64,000 nucleotides of DNA from Stegostoma tigrinum (Eukaryota), in the NCBI RefSeq assembly GCF_030684315.1, contig NC_081381.1:29871514-29935513 (forward strand). The letters are read 5' to 3'. The stretch's first letter is position 1. Every line of letters starts with the position of its first letter. This document shows positions 49,306 through 63,970 of this stretch, in pieces. Position numbers and translations under genes: made by a program. Under the pieces are notes generated by a model. That model did no database searches. It was not told where the DNA came from and saw nothing but the letters and a program-made list of their open reading frames with translations.

Positions 49306-50574
49306 ATCTCAATTGCTGCTCCCTGCACAATTGGTTAGCCACAGATTCATCTGCCACATTCTCCTGTTCTTACCCTCACTAGCATATGGCACTGGAAGTG
49401 ATCCAGAGATCACCATCATCAAAATCCTGGTTTTAAATTTTTTTTTTCCTAGCTCTCTATAACCAGTCCGCAGGACCTCCCCGCTATTTCAACCATGTCA
49501 TTTGTGCCAATGTGCACAATGACTTCAGGCTGCTCACCTTCCCCCTTGAGAATCTCCTGCAGCCGTTCCATGACATCCCAGACCCTGGCACCTGGGAAGC
49601 AACACACCATCCTGGATTCCTGTCTGCGGCCACAGAATCTTCTGTCTGTCCCCCTAACTATCAAGTTTCCGATCACTAAGGCCCTGTTTAACTTTACCCT
49701 TTCCCACTGTACCCCAGAGCCAGTTGTACTGCCACTGACCTGGCTACTACTGCCCTCCCCTCATTCTCCCAGCAGTATCCAAAATGGTATACCTGTTTTC
49801 GAGGGGAACAGCCAGCAGGGGATTCCTGCACTCTCTGCCTACTCCCTTTGTATTTCCTGGGGTCACCCAGCCATTCTCTGCCTGCATCTTAGGTGTGGCC
49901 ACCTCACTAAAACTCTAATCAACGATGTGCTCAGCATCTCGGATGATTCTGAGTGTATCCAGTTCCAGCTCCAGTTCCCTAACACGGTTTCCCAGGAGCT
50001 GCAGCTGGGTGCACTTCCCATAGGTGTAGTCATCAGGGATGATGGAAGTCTCCCTGGGCTCCACATCCTGTAGTAGGAACGTGCCACTCTCCTAACCACC
50101 AGCTCAACTGCTCTAAGGTTAATTGGAAAGTAAAAAGGACTTTACCAGAGCTCACACATACATTTTGCTGAGCGGCTGCTTGCTGAAGCCTATTGTGTCA
50201 ATGGCTTACTTCTCACTCCGACAAATTAGCACATCTCTATCATTCCTTTTTTAAGTTAGACGAGGAGGGAAATACTACATTGATGTTATTTTTGGGGCTT
50301 AGGTAGTCTTTGAAATCAGGCCCACAATGATCTGCTCTTTAGTGGAGGTGACTGCTTCCAGACTCTAATGTATGCACCAGAGCGATTCCTCTCCCTTGCT
50401 GTTGCGCTCTGCTGGACCTCATCTGGTGATTGTAGTTAGGGTATGTTCATTTTGATAAAGATTGTTTCCCTGATGTGGGCAAACAGCTCCAATATTTACT
50501 GAGAACTCAGCAGCTTTGTTCAGTTAGCATTTTTCTGCTTTACTGCTTTGTGGCTTTTTTTGATAACCTGCTAA

Positions 50575-51080
50575 AGGAAGGAAATAATTAAACTGGGGAG
50601 GGTTCAGGAAAGGTTTACCAGTATGTTACCTGAACTGGAGAGTTTGAGTTATAAGGAGAGCTTGGGACTTTTTTCACTCGAGTGTAGCAGATTAAGGAGT
50701 GAACTTATAGAGATTTATAAAATCATGAGGGGTGTTATATGGCAAATAACAAATAGCTACCTAGGGTGGGAGGAGTTCAAAACTAGAGGGTATATTTTTA
50801 AGGTGAGAGGAAAAAGATATAAAAGGGACCTGAGGGACAACCTTTTCACACAGATGGTGGTTTGTGTGTGGAATGAACTGGCAGAGGAAGTTGTAGATGC
50901 GGGTACAGTTCCAACATTTAAAAGACATTTAAAAGACACTTGGATAAGTACATGAATAGGAGAGGTTTAGAGGATATTGGCCAGATGCAGGCAAGTTGGA
51001 CTAGTTTAGTTTGGGAAACTTGGTCAGCATGAATGAGTAGAACTAAAGGGTCTGTTTTCATGCTGTATAACTCCATGAGT
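50575..51080 (+). mobile_element. CR1 3' fragment
   Basis: LGLFSLE..IYKIMRG..LFTQMVVCVWNEL. Confidence 0.85.
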
Positions 51081-52744
51081 CTTTAACTCAAAAGTCAGGA
51101 CAACAACATCTGATATTTGTTCTGACACAAATAGATGCTTCAGAATCAGCTGAAGATGTTCTAATTAGTCTTCACATGGCATCGACCCTGGCTACACGGG
51201 AAGTATCTAAAGAATTTGCAAAATCAAGACAGAAGCTGCAGCATTGGTGGGTGGGCTTCATATCAGGGCTTCACCACTATCTTAACCAGATGGAAATTGT
51301 AGCTCCTCCTTTAACTATAATCTTTAAAAAAAAAACTAGTGGTAAATCTTTCAAGGATTTGTGTTCTGATGCTGAGCTCAATCCTAGACAGCCTAACGTC
51401 TGCCAGCTCTCCTGCCTCAGAGAACTGAGCTGGTAAGACCTGTTGATGTAAACTATTTCTGCCTCTGTTACACTGTCGAAGCAAGATATCTGCTTTGAGT
51501 CCATGTGATGAACTCTGTAGGTTTGTGAGCTTGTAGCCACTGCTGGTGTGGGCTAGATTCCATATTGGCCATCGTAGAGGTGCCACCTCTGGCTGTCATT
51601 GGGCAAATACCGTCTGAGCCTGCAGAACCACCACCAGCCCCTCTGACAATGCGCAGAGGGTCTTTCCACTGCACAAACATGCTGGTTAGGACACAGCTTG
51701 AGTTTTGTGTCTTGTGCTGATCACCATATTACAGGAAGGATATTACTTTAGAGAGAGCCAGTGCTTGAAAATTGCAGGTATGAGGCATGATTGGATAATC
51801 TCGGGTTGCTTTGCCTAGTGTAGATGGGGCTAAAAGATAACCCAGTCAAGGAGAAGTTCAAATAGAGTTGACGCAGAAGATATGTTTCCCCTAGCAGAGA
51901 GATCAATTACCAGGGGATACAGATTTAACAGAAGCTCAGCATCTGCCAAGGGAGAATCAGGGTTAATGTTTCCAGTCTAGTATGACTCTTCTTAGGAACT
52001 GGAGTGATGTGAAAAGGTGATGGGATCAATGTTGTTAGAAAGGGCTGGGATAGGGTGGGGAAGGTAGGCAAGTCAGAGAAAAGGTTAAGGGAAGTTGTTC
52101 TGTGATACCTTTCATGTCCACATGGCAAAGAGAGTGGAAATGGTTGTAGAGAAGACAAGCCATTGATTCAGAAACTAATAACAGAATAAAGAGGAGCTGT
52201 GGCTGGAAACAAATCTCTGAAAAGCAAGATTCAGGCACTGGTGGGTGGATGGAATGAGAGTTGAATTAACCAGAAATTATTAAAGTGGAGGATAGCTCAC
52301 AGCCTGAATTATTTGAACTCATTGCTGAGTCCTGAAGGACTGCTTAGCAGAAATGGAAGTGCTGCTCCTCCAGCTTGTATCTTCTGGCCTGGTCTCCTCT
52401 GGGAGTTGTTGTCCATGTGTTTAGGAGTGGTCTAGCCATGCCTTTGGGTGTCTTGTCTGATGTGCCCAGTGATGTGAAGCTTGGAGTAGAGCAGCAACCT
52501 TTCCACCACAGCCTGGGTGTAAACAGGGGTTGTGTGAGCAGTCAGATGCAATGTCAACAGTATGGGATAGGCAGAGTTAAATAAAGTCACCATCATCACA
52601 TGCTGCCAACACATCCAGTCATGAATGGTAGTGGACAATTCAACAAAGAATAGGAGGACCAGCTTCCAGATATGTCCTATTTCTCAATGGTGGAACAGAC
52701 AAGGCTGAATCATTTGTGACCAATGTCACCTAGAAATGCTGAGT

Positions 52745-53083
52745 AGAATCATAGAATTCCTTCAGTGTAGAAACAGATCATTTGGGCCATTGAGTCTGCA
52801 CCAGCCCTCTGCCAAGCATTCCACCCAGACCCCATCTCATCTCCCTAACCCCACATAGGGTTATTGGCTAACCCACCTGACTGAAAATCCCTGAACACTG
52901 TGGGGCATTTTTGCTTTTAGAATTGCCAATCCAACTACCTGCACAACTTTGGTCTGTGGGAGGAAACCCACGCAGACAGGGAAGAATGTGTAAACTCCAC
53001 ACACACAGTCACCAGAGGCCGGAATCGAACCGGGTTCCCTAGTGCTGTGAGGCAGCAGTGCTAACCACTGAGCCACCGTGCCC
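52745..53083 (-). mobile_element. HE1-like (V-SINE) SINE
   Basis: Reverse complement of the family at 9476-9795. Confidence 0.85.
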
Positions 53084-56000
53084 ACACATTGTGCCCATTT
53101 CTACAATGGCCCAATTCAGCCTCCCCCTGAGTTCCCCAGCTTCATGGATTGACCCAGTCTTCAGCCAGTTCAATTCACTCCACATAATATCAAGAAGCAG
53201 CTGAAAACACTAGGCACTACAAAGGCCATGAGCCCTGTCAGCATGCCTGCATTTGTACAGAAGACTTGTGCTCCAGAACTAGCCATGCCCCTATTCAAGT
53301 TATTACAGGACAGCTGCAACACTGTCTTTATCTGACAATCTGGAAAATTTCACAAGTATGTTCTATGCACAAAATGCAAGACTATTTCTACCCAACCAAT
53401 TACACCCCCATCAGTCTACTCTTGATCATCAACAAAGTAATGGAAGGGACCATTGACAGTGCTATTAAGTGGCACTCAGACAATAATTAGCTGCTCACTA
53501 TCACTCAGGTTAGGTTCTGTCAGCGTCACAGCTTCTGACCTCTTTACATCTTTAGTTCCAAATAGACAGAAGAGCCAAACTCGGGAGATGAGTTGGGAGT
53601 AACATCAAGGCAGCATTGTGGCATTGAGAAGCCCAGGCAAAACTGGAGTTGTGTATGAAACGAAAACTCTTTGCCGGTTGGAGTCATTCCCAATGTAAAG
53701 GAGGATGGAACATCACTCAGTTGGGGAACATCACTGCAGGAGTTCCTCAGGGTAGTGTCTTCAGTCCAACCATCTCTAGCTACTTCATCAATTTTCTTCC
53801 CTCCATCATAGGGGACAACATGGGGACATCAAAGATGATTGTTCCAAGATCAGTGCAATTCAGTACTCCCAAGATACTGAAGTAGCTTGTGTCCGAATAA
53901 GATAAGACCTGGAAGAACATTTTTTTGGGTTGATACAAGTGGCAAGTAATATTCGTAGGAAATGATCATCCTCAAGAAGAGAGAATCTAACCACTTTCCC
54001 TTGAAATTTAATGCATTCCCATCACTGTATCCTCTATTCTCATTGGGAGTTACCATTGATCAGAAGCTGAACTGGACCAGACATAGAAATTCAGAAATCA
54101 TAAGAGCAAGTAGGAGACTGGGAATTTTGAGATGAGTAATTCATCTTCTGGCTCCTAAAGACTGTCCACTACCCACAAGGCACATGCCCAGAGTGTGAAG
54201 GGACACTATCCACATGTCTGGATGAATACAGCTCCAAACAACACACAAGAAGTTTGGTTTAATCCAGGTTATGACAATCCACCTGATTGGCACTCCATCC
54301 ACCATGATGTGCTAAGTGGTCTGCAGTAAATCTGTGAGATCTATCTTTCTTTATTGCGAGATAACATGTCAATCATTGTTTATATTGACCACAGTTTGCC
54401 TGTTAATTCCCATTTAATTGTTGTTGACTTGTGTTTGATTATCAAAGCAAAAGTCATAAAAGATGAAATGATCTCCTAATTTTTTTCTTTGGAGTTGTTC
54501 AGTGAATTCATTCTTTTGGTTAGCTTGTTTCCATGGGGATCGTAGTTATCAGGACACAGCGTTTATGGGTTCCAGCAAGGATTTGGCATTCCCAAGGTAC
54601 TTATGTCTTAACCATGCTTCCATTGGCGCCACTGAGAGAACGCCTCGGAATGGCCATGGACTTTTCAGGTCAATAAGTAGTGGAAAAGATCAACAATCTT
54701 CCAAAGTCAGGTCATAAGGTCCAAGAACGAATGTATTATCTCTTTCTTCGGAGATAGTAACCATGGGAACAGCCGGACTCATTGTATATTGTCTCTAATG
54801 GTACTTGACATAATGATAGAAAGGAGTAAAAATGGAAGATCAAATTTTCAATCAGTGTTTACAAGCACTCAGAGAAATTTTCTTCATAAATCTAAAATGT
54901 CGACACAAATTAAAACGCAAATTGATGTTCTTACCAGTTTCATGACAAAATCTTGCAGAAAAATATGGTGAAATCTGTTTTTCACATGTTTGAGCTATTG
55001 TTGTTGATGGCCGCAGTAATAAAAAGCCATCACTTCTGAAAGGCCTCTATTTTTAGATAATTTAGAATATGCTGAAATTATCACCTTTTAGCAACAGCAA
55101 TTTACCATACCATGGGTAGAAAGTTGGACAGATACAGAAAGCACTGAGTGGTGGTAATGGGATGGTTGTTATATGGTAGGGTGGGTGTGGTTTGCTCCAG
55201 GAATACATGCTGGGTCCTTTCTCATTTTCGTAAATGGTTTGGACATACAGAGAGAATCGTCTCAAGTTTGGACTGTTGGTCCCAAATTTGACGATACACG
55301 TACATACCAACCGAAAGGAAAGACTTGCATTTATACAGTGCATTTCATAACCACCAGATGAATCAAAACACTTTACATCCAAAAACGTTTGCAATGTAGT
55401 TACTGTTATGATACAGGAAACATGTCGGCAAATATGCATTCAGAAAACTCCCACAAACTTTAATGAATCAATGATCAGATCATTTGTTTTTCTGGTATTG
55501 ACTAAGGGGTGAGTATTGGTCAGGGTGTTGGGGATAACTTTCCTGCTCTTCTGCAAATACTGTCGTTGCAACTTTCATGTCTGCTCGACTTGCTGTTTAG
55601 TGTCTCAACCCAAAGACATCATCTCCAACAGTACGGCGTTCCCTGCAACATCAGCCTAGGTTTTGGTGCTAAGGACCCTGAGTGGAGGTTGAAGTCATAC
55701 CTTGTGAGTGAGAGGCAAGAGGTCCAGGTGACATAGTGATTCAACCACATTTCACATTGATGCATTTTCCATCCCCCGTTTGTGTTGGCAGGCTTCACCA
55801 GTTAGTCTCAGGCTCCTGCCAGTCTCAGTATGAGCTACCATGCAATTTTCTCATGTATATGCACAGCAATGCGAGACCCATTGGCTGGTGGGGTGACCTC
55901 ACTTCCAGGAGCCTGAAATCATCTGCTGTCAGAGCTTCAAGAGCCAAATGGATAAGGGGACATCTTTTATTAAAACTCATTCAGGGGATCTGGATCTGCT

Positions 56001-58634
56001 CATTGCTGGCTGTGACAGCCTTTATTACATTCTCCTAGTTGCCCTTGAGAAGGTGGTAGTGTGCTGTCATCTTTCACCTCTGCATTCTTCTGCTAACAGA
56101 AGGAATGAATGATTTATCCAGATTGTTTGATGTTTTTGAGGATTTAGCAGCAGCTCTGAATTTGTTACCGAAGTCTATGAAAACATATAGTAAAAGATAA
56201 AAAGCAGAATGTAAGCAGGTAGGGGTCAAAAGGCATTGCAATAGGGAATAAATAGATGGGGGGTGGACAGAGATAGGGGAAATAATGATATGGAAGAAAG
56301 GAAGGAAAACGAAGAGATGGAGGCAAGGGGATATCCATGGCAATGGAAGGGAAGGTAAATAGATGGTGAAAGAAGTAAGGTGCATATTGATTCTAATGGA
56401 GTGATAAGAAAGAGCTTACATTGATCTATCACTTTTCATAACCTCAGTATGTCCAAAAACATGAAAAAATACCATTGATGTGTAGTCATTGTTAGGTAGC
56501 GGGAAGATAGCACACATAGCAAAATTCCACACACCAAGCGAGATATTTGTTAAAGATAATGTCTGCATCTGGATTTCTGATATCACCATCTGGGATTCTG
56601 TTGTTCTAATATGGCTGTGTCTGGGATTGACGGATACAGATACGGATACGGATAGCAGGAGGCTACATTTTCAGTTTATATGCCCCTTTATTAAACATGG
56701 TAACTGCTAACTGCTCTCAGGACAAGCCTTTGCATGAGGCTGTTTGACAAACCCAGCTCTCAATCAACATGGTAGCCATGTGACCTTACATCACTTCCCT
56801 TGATAATGTCGGCTACCTTAATGAAATATTAACATTAATCATTTACACTACATTCCCCTGTCTCTATTCATTACATCTCTCACATTACCTTATCTTACAG
56901 GTCAGCTTCAGAAGAATTAAAATTTTAATTAAAATAGTGTCCAGCCTTTATTTTTAGAATCACCTGATTGCCAGTGTTGGTGATGCTTAAACTATGACTC
57001 TGCTCCTATTACGTGATATTTGAGAAGCAAAAATATGAGACAAGGTTATCTGTTGAGTTCCTCAGGCAACATTTTGACATCTCCTCCTCATATAGTAGTT
57101 ACGTTCTGCAAATTAGTTGTGGCATGACACAATTCTTGCACTGATACGAAAGCACTGTGAACCTGCCTCCCTTTTGCTTCACATCCAGGCCTCTGAAAGG
57201 GCTGTTAGGAAGACATGCACATTCTATTATCCTTAGACACAGAGCGGCTACATATGAATGGAGTCCTGCCATGCATTTTACAGGCGAAGTATTGTCTGGT
57301 CATTGACCTATGGGAATGGAGTCAACGTTACTGAGCAGGCTGGTATCTGTAATTTGTTAACCCTGCTCTGTTATCAAGGCCTCTACACCATACCAGGAGC
57401 TGCAGTTATCCTACTGGACCTCTGGGATAGGTGTCACCACTGCACATAACCTTGGAGGTGCTGCACACTCCATAGTGAAGTGGGCTGTTGCAAAATCATT
57501 CTTTATGCTGATACAGATTCAGGTCGTAGACTCTAGGTTCCATCTGTGGACAGCTTGGTGCTGCGCTTGATGTAGATTAGGAACTGGGTTGCCGCTGTTC
57601 AAATTCATTTGTTAAAGGGTTGATGATGGAATATGCTAAAGAGAATGGGGGCAGAATTCAAGAACTCATTAATCCCTTTGGCAAATAATGATGGAATTGA
57701 TACAGCCCCTCATCAGGTAAATGACTAACTACGCTTTATTTTAAGTTCTGAAATTAATAAAGTGTTTGCAAAGTTATTGATACTTAAATAAATTGCTAGT
57801 CGTGTAACAGAATTGTGTATAAATTTTATTCCGTTACCCGTGCTTCATTATTCTAGGCAGTGGTTGGCTGAAAAGTATGATGTAATGATGTGAGCTACTG
57901 GTAGTATCATGATTTGTAGAACAGCAATTATATTTGTTTATGGTTCCTAGATGCTGCAGTGTAAGAATCAATGCAAAATTTAAAAACCACAGCATGCTGA
58001 ATTGCAAGACATTATTAAGGTGACATTATTGCGAATTACTCCTAATGTTGCATTAAGAACATGAGGATGATTTATTTACTAATTGCAGGTTTGGAAAATG
58101 CCACAGTTCAGTCCACTACTTGTTCTTAAGCACAGAACGCACAGTACTTCTTTAAGATTTTGCACCTTGTATGCGTGACTGCAGCTGCTACCTGGTGGAT
58201 GCTGCTTCAGATTATCCTGACTGTCTTATACTCAGGTGCTGATCTGGGTGGTGCTTGCTGAGTGGCTGGGGATACAGCACAAGGGGATTGGTTCGTGGTG
58301 GAAAGGACTGCATCCTCAGGCTGCTTGTTAATCTCCACTAACTGGCTTAGTGTCAAAGGCTGATAGAATCAGCTGCCGTTTGTGGATGCTGCTCAGGCAA
58401 GGCTGGAACTCCTCACCAGCCCTCAGCGCTAAAAAGTGATTCATATGATTTGCAGAACAGAGCACCGTTAACGTGGGAATAGCAGGGTGACCAACAGGGA
58501 CATTATATGTGTGGATCGGAGCCTGTAGTATCCCAGTACCTCATCGGACACTGAACGCTGAAGCTGAGAACTGCAGCAAAAAAATCAATTAACTGTGGAA
58601 GACAAATCAAAAAAGAAATATCTGCAGCGGTAAA

Positions 58635-58910
58635 ATGGCAGAGCAAGAAATTGAGGACTTTGACGCTGACAGTGTGTCAGACACAGCCTGCATGCTCAAT
58701 CATGTTCACCCTCCACCGTACAGCATCGATGACCAGCCATGGCCTTTGGAAGCACGCAGCATGTGCGGGTTCTGGGGATGGGCTTTCCTTGTCACTGCTT
58801 TTAACTTTCTGTTGTTCCTCCTAAACTTTGTTCTCATGGGCACTGTGTTTTGCATTGTGCTGCTGCCCACTATCGTGGTGGTGTACTTTGGGTTTCAGTG
58901 TCACTCCAGG
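58635..58910 (+). CDS. TMEM88B: Transmembrane protein 88B, coding exon 1 (92 aa); the remainder was not found in the window
   Basis: Good Kozak context (AAAATGG), hydrophobic TM segments, and VVYFGFQCHSR matching the TMEM88 family (VVYLGFLCHSR), followed by an AGG|GTAAGT donor; synteny agrees. Confidence 0.9.
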
Positions 58911-61900
58911 GTAAGTAACCTATGGCTAGAAATACTCATTCTCAATTTTTTTGTAATGGCTGTGAAGCAAACGTGAGTAGCCTCCTGCCCCAGCCGAAGA
59001 TGCGACCCTTTTACTTTCGCCGGTTATGAAGACTGCATGACTCTTTTGATAATCAGTTGCTTTTTCTATGATTGTGGGTCAGGTGGTCTTGTTGAACACT
59101 AGAAAATAAAACTGCGCCAATTGTAATGAGTAGAGAGAGGATTGTGTCCTTTCATGTGGATCTAAATTTACCTCTTCATCTGAGTGATAGAGGATTGCTA
59201 TCGATGATAACCTCCTGGTGAGCAAGTAACATTTCTTAAAGCTTATACGATGTTAATAAAAAATACTTTTGAATACAAACAGATGGTGCAGCAGCAAAAA
59301 AACTGCTCCAGTTCTGTCAACAGTGCCAGTGAGTGAGTCTTAGCTACTGCATGTGGTGCCTTGGCTGTGAATCATGCTATAACAACAGAGCCAGAAACTT
59401 TAGTCAATGGGGCTTTCTAGACTATTTTCTGTAGTCATCTTATGATAAAACAGATTTCCACTGAAGGTGTGTTTTCAAGGTAAATGAACTCAAGCTTTAT
59501 TCTTCCAAACATGGAAGAGATAGTAAAGATCTACTTTTAAGCAGGATCTCAGAATTACCTGAAAAATACTTCCTTTGAGAAATACTCATGCTTAAATGCA
59601 AAAACAAAGAATACATAAGGGTATCTTAAGTCACAAACCAGGCTATTGTTTGATTTAAAAGTAGGCAACAGGCAATGTAGAGTGCAGATTTGGTTCAGAT
59701 CAGCATCTTTAGGTAAGTCGGTGCAAAAATTCCCAAATCCCCACTTTCAGGGGATCTAGTGACTGGTGTCCACAAACATTGAATTATCAAGGGCTGGAAA
59801 ATGTGGCCAACTCACCTGCTGAGCCATGTTTTCCTTGTTCTTTCATGGGATGTGGGCCTCACTGGCTAGGCCAGCATTTATCACCCAGTCCTAGCTGCCG
59901 TGGAGGAGGTGGCAGTGGAGCTATCTTGAACTGTTGCGGTCCAAGTGACGTAGATACATCCACAGTGCTATTGAAATTCCAGAATTTTGATCTGTGCTCT
60001 CATTATATCTCAGGATGGGATGTAGGTGGAGATTTGGGAAAAAGTTGCTTCCCTGCCTGCATTTCCAGACGTTGATGTATGAGAACTTAAACCAGAGAAA
60101 TAAACTGAAATTACCAGCAATTTTCAAACTGCTTCATCGTCAAGGAACTTAAAAATCTGTAAAGTCACACAATGAGTCAGTATTTTCCATTAACAGGTCT
60201 GTTGGAAAATATTTTTTTTTGTTAAAATAATCCCTTCTCTGTCTCTGAGAATTCAATAAAGCGTATTGTTTTAAGGTAATTTCCCAGTTCATTTGAAGAT
60301 GAGAGAAAATAAGATTCATATGAAAACCTGCAGTGAAATTGAATGAAGTGGTCGTACATTGCTCAACCTGAACTAATCTCAATACAAATTCACGAGGGAA
60401 AGAATGGTACATGGTGTGAAACTAAGATTAGACTGTACCTTAGCAACGCAGTGAGCCATTCAGACGGCTAGGCTTTTGTTTTGCTTCTCTGATTTTTACA
60501 GCTTACACCTGATGTCGTGAAATTGACATGATGATGGCATTTGGTGGAGATGGACACAGTATTTATTGGTCTGAAGAAGGGTCTCTGGACCTGAAACATT
60601 AACTCCATCTTCTCTCCACAGAGGTTCCCAAGCCTACTGAGTTTTCCCAGCAATTTCTGCTTTTGTTGCAGTATTTATTGTGTTGCCATGTTGTGGGAGG
60701 CAGAGACTGGTCCAGCTAAAGTCTTGCTGTTCAAACTTTTAGTTACACCCCAGGGTTCTCTCTGCAAAAGTCTCACGGTGCCCACTTATGACACTTGTAG
60801 GTCAAGTCTTAAATCAAGGCAGCAGGTTGATGGAGAATAGAAGGAAGAAAAGCCCCACACTTCTGGGAAAAACCTGCTACAGAAGCCAACAAAGAATGGA
60901 GATTTGGTAGAAATGGGTTCTTCAGCAAATTGCTTTCCCTTGCCCAGATAATGCAAAGATCTTTGTTCAGATTATTCTAGAGTGCAGCAGAATGCATATT
61001 AAATATTAGTTTATGTAAACTTAAGAAAAAGGCAAGTGAAGACTTTAATATAACAACTTTCAAGACCTCATGAGGTTCTAATGTGCTTGTCAATTAGATG
61101 AGAAGCTGTAGAAGTGTCATCACTGTTGCAATGTAGAAAAATGGGGCAGTCATTTTAGGCACAGCAAGATCCCACAAAACACAATGGCTTAATCAGCCAG
61201 GTGATTTAAAATGAGGAACTTATTCATGAGATAAATCATTGGTAAGACCTTGGTAGGACTTGCCTGCTCTTGGTTGAATGGTGCTATAGTACCTTGAAAT
61301 TCTACATTGGTATCATGTCTTTTCTGAAAGTGTAGCACTTCTTCAATACTGTACCGCAGTGCCAGCCTAAACTGTTTACATTTCTTCCAATACGTACTGT
61401 CTTCAATCCAAACAATTCAATGTTTAAGTACATCAACCATTTCCACTCAACTCTAAAGATTGCCCTGAGGTCCCATTTTAAGGAGCTGGAATACTGAGTG
61501 GAAACAGTGGCAGCTCCTCTCCATGTTTTCAGCTCTTGTCACAAATCTGTCTCCAGTATTATGCATATAGACCTGTATTTTCAGTTCCTGGGGCACTTTC
61601 ACTTTGGACTGCTGTCAATGTATCGTGAATCACCCTCTGTGAGTGTAACACTCCTGTAAATGTCGTGGGGGTTTTTAAAACTGCAATGACTGATCGTAGA
61701 TTAGTATTAATCCGTAAAGTATTGGGATGCAGTTAGATTTTGCAAACACTAATATTTCTAACATGCTATAATCAGAGCGCAAGCTGAGAATCTTCCCATT
61801 TTGTTTAACGGCAATGTACGTTCTTTGATGGTTCAGATGTTTAAACTAAGTTAAGTGACAACAAACAGTATGTTGTTGGCTGCAATGCTGTTCCACCATC

Positions 61901-63494
61901 ATAACAGGGGAGTTCTCCACTGGGAATGCAATTCCTGTCTGAATTTTACACAGTCTAACAAGTTAATTAACCTGTGCTGGAAATATGGAAACCCTATGGT
62001 GCAACTAGCTTGGTGGAGGCCTTGAGCATAAAAAAGAAAGGACCCTTTTCCAGGAGATTGTTGTTATCATGAAAGCAGCTCTTCAGACGTTGCTAGGTCC
62101 TTGCTTCCATCTTTGTGAAGATACTGAGAATCTGCTTCATGAAGGCACTTCGGGAGGCACAAGATGCGGGATAGCCAGGGCATCCCATAGGCAACAACAT
62201 CTTCCATATTCTTTTCAATAGTCAGAATAAACTAACCATTGCATTGCTTATCACTGCAAGCTCCATCACCCCAAAGACATTCCAGTGTGCCCTGGTCACG
62301 GGGTAAACCCTGGGCTAATATATTGACGGTAAGTTACTTTCCATATATAATTTGCAAAATATGTAAAATTACTTTTTCTCAGTGTTGATCTCTTAATGTT
62401 GATCAAGAGAAATCTTTTTTGAGTGAGTTATTTAATTCTTGGGCAAGTCATGACCACCATGGATCCAGTGTCATGACTTGGTTAGAAAGCAGAGGTAAAA
62501 GGATTTGAAACATAGAGTCTCTTATATTTAGACAATAACCTTACTCTGTCATGTAAGAAAGCGGATCACAAAATCTACACCACCTATTAAAAGTCTGTTG
62601 TAATACCTCCTGATCATCCAAGTTCAGACAAAAATCTGGAATATACATCGATCTTTGTAACTTACACCATTCGGTCGTGGCTCTCTGGCCTGTATACATA
62701 TTCAATTTTTTTGCATGATTCTGCTCCACACGTACAGAATTTATGTCTTTATATGACATGGAGAATTTATTCATCTGTTAGTCATCTGTTAGTTCTTAAT
62801 ATGGCATCCAATGTAATCCTATTGGAGTCATAAGACCTTGAATAATCCTTCTCTTTGGCTCCACCACACTGTCTTGCAGCATTTACCTACCTGCTATCCT
62901 CTTATCCCAAACTGCCATTTCTGTGATTCTTGTTGTTCATCATTTTTACCTTCTCTGTGTTTTATTTGCTTCTGGTTCTGCCACTGAGCTTATTTTCTCA
63001 CTAAATTTCTCTTGGCATCCTATCTGCAGCCTTCAAACTTTATGAATTGCAAATGTATTAATTTGAAATCTTTAAGTGAGCATGCTTACAGCTATTCTCT
63101 GCACTGCTGGATTACAGCCCAGCCCTTGGAGTCTGAACCATAATATAAATGAGGTAGTTATTTCTTTCCAGAGGCAAGAAATACCACCTCATTAAAAAGT
63201 CATAAATATAAATGGCTTTGGCTAAAGCTGCTTGCCCAAGGGGTTGCTATTTTCTGCTGGCTGTATATAAGGTGAGAACTGTAGAATGATCAAAAAGGCT
63301 AATGGAATTCTGAGCTTTATGTCTACAAGAGTGGAACACATGGGGATAAAAGTCATGTCTCAAATGTTGCTTCCACAACACCTGGCATTTGTAGTTCACG
63401 GCACCCTGAACATCTTGAGAAGGAAATATTGGCATTGGAGATTTACCAGAATGAAATCTAGGCTGTGAGGGATGAATTGCAAGAAATGTTACAT

Positions 63495-63970
63495 GGAGTC
63501 ATAGAGAAGTACAGCACAGAAACAGATCTTTCAGTCCAACTCATCCATGCTAATCAGATATTCTAAACTAATTTAGTCCCATTGCCAGCGTTTGCCCCTA
63601 ATCGCTCTAAACCCTTCCTATTCATGTACTCATCCAGATGCCTTTTAAATGTTGTAATTGTACCAGCCTCCACCACTTCCTCTGGCTATTTATTCCATAC
63701 ACACAACATCCTCTGCATGAAAATGTTGCCCCTTACATTCTTTTTAAATCTTTTCCCTCTCACTTTAAACCTAATGCCCTCTAGTTTTGGACTCTATAAA
63801 CTTCTATGAGGTCACCCCACAGCCTCCATTACTCCAGGGAAAATAGCCCCAGCCTATTCAGCCTCTCCCTATAACTTAATTCCTCCAACACTGGCAACAT
63901 CCTTGTAAATCTTTTCTGGACCTTTCAATTTTCATAACATTTTTCCGATAGCAGAGAGACCAGAATTGTG
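63495..63970 (-). mobile_element. CR1 3' fragment
   Basis: Same antisense 3' end as 12573-12805 and 41750-42166. Confidence 0.85.

Larger units (their letters stand above)
44625..50110 (-). mobile_element. Near full-length degenerate CR1 LINE (ORF1 SGNH esterase at about 49450-50100; ORF2 APE endonuclease and RT at about 44700-47400), interrupted by a SINE and a younger CR1
   Basis: VRGTDRRFCG..CFPGARV..VHIGTND (esterase), GVYYRPPNS..GGFNFP (APE), SYLINLLEFFDEVT and PQGVVLGPILF..IADDTKIGG (RT); many frameshifts. Confidence 0.88.
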
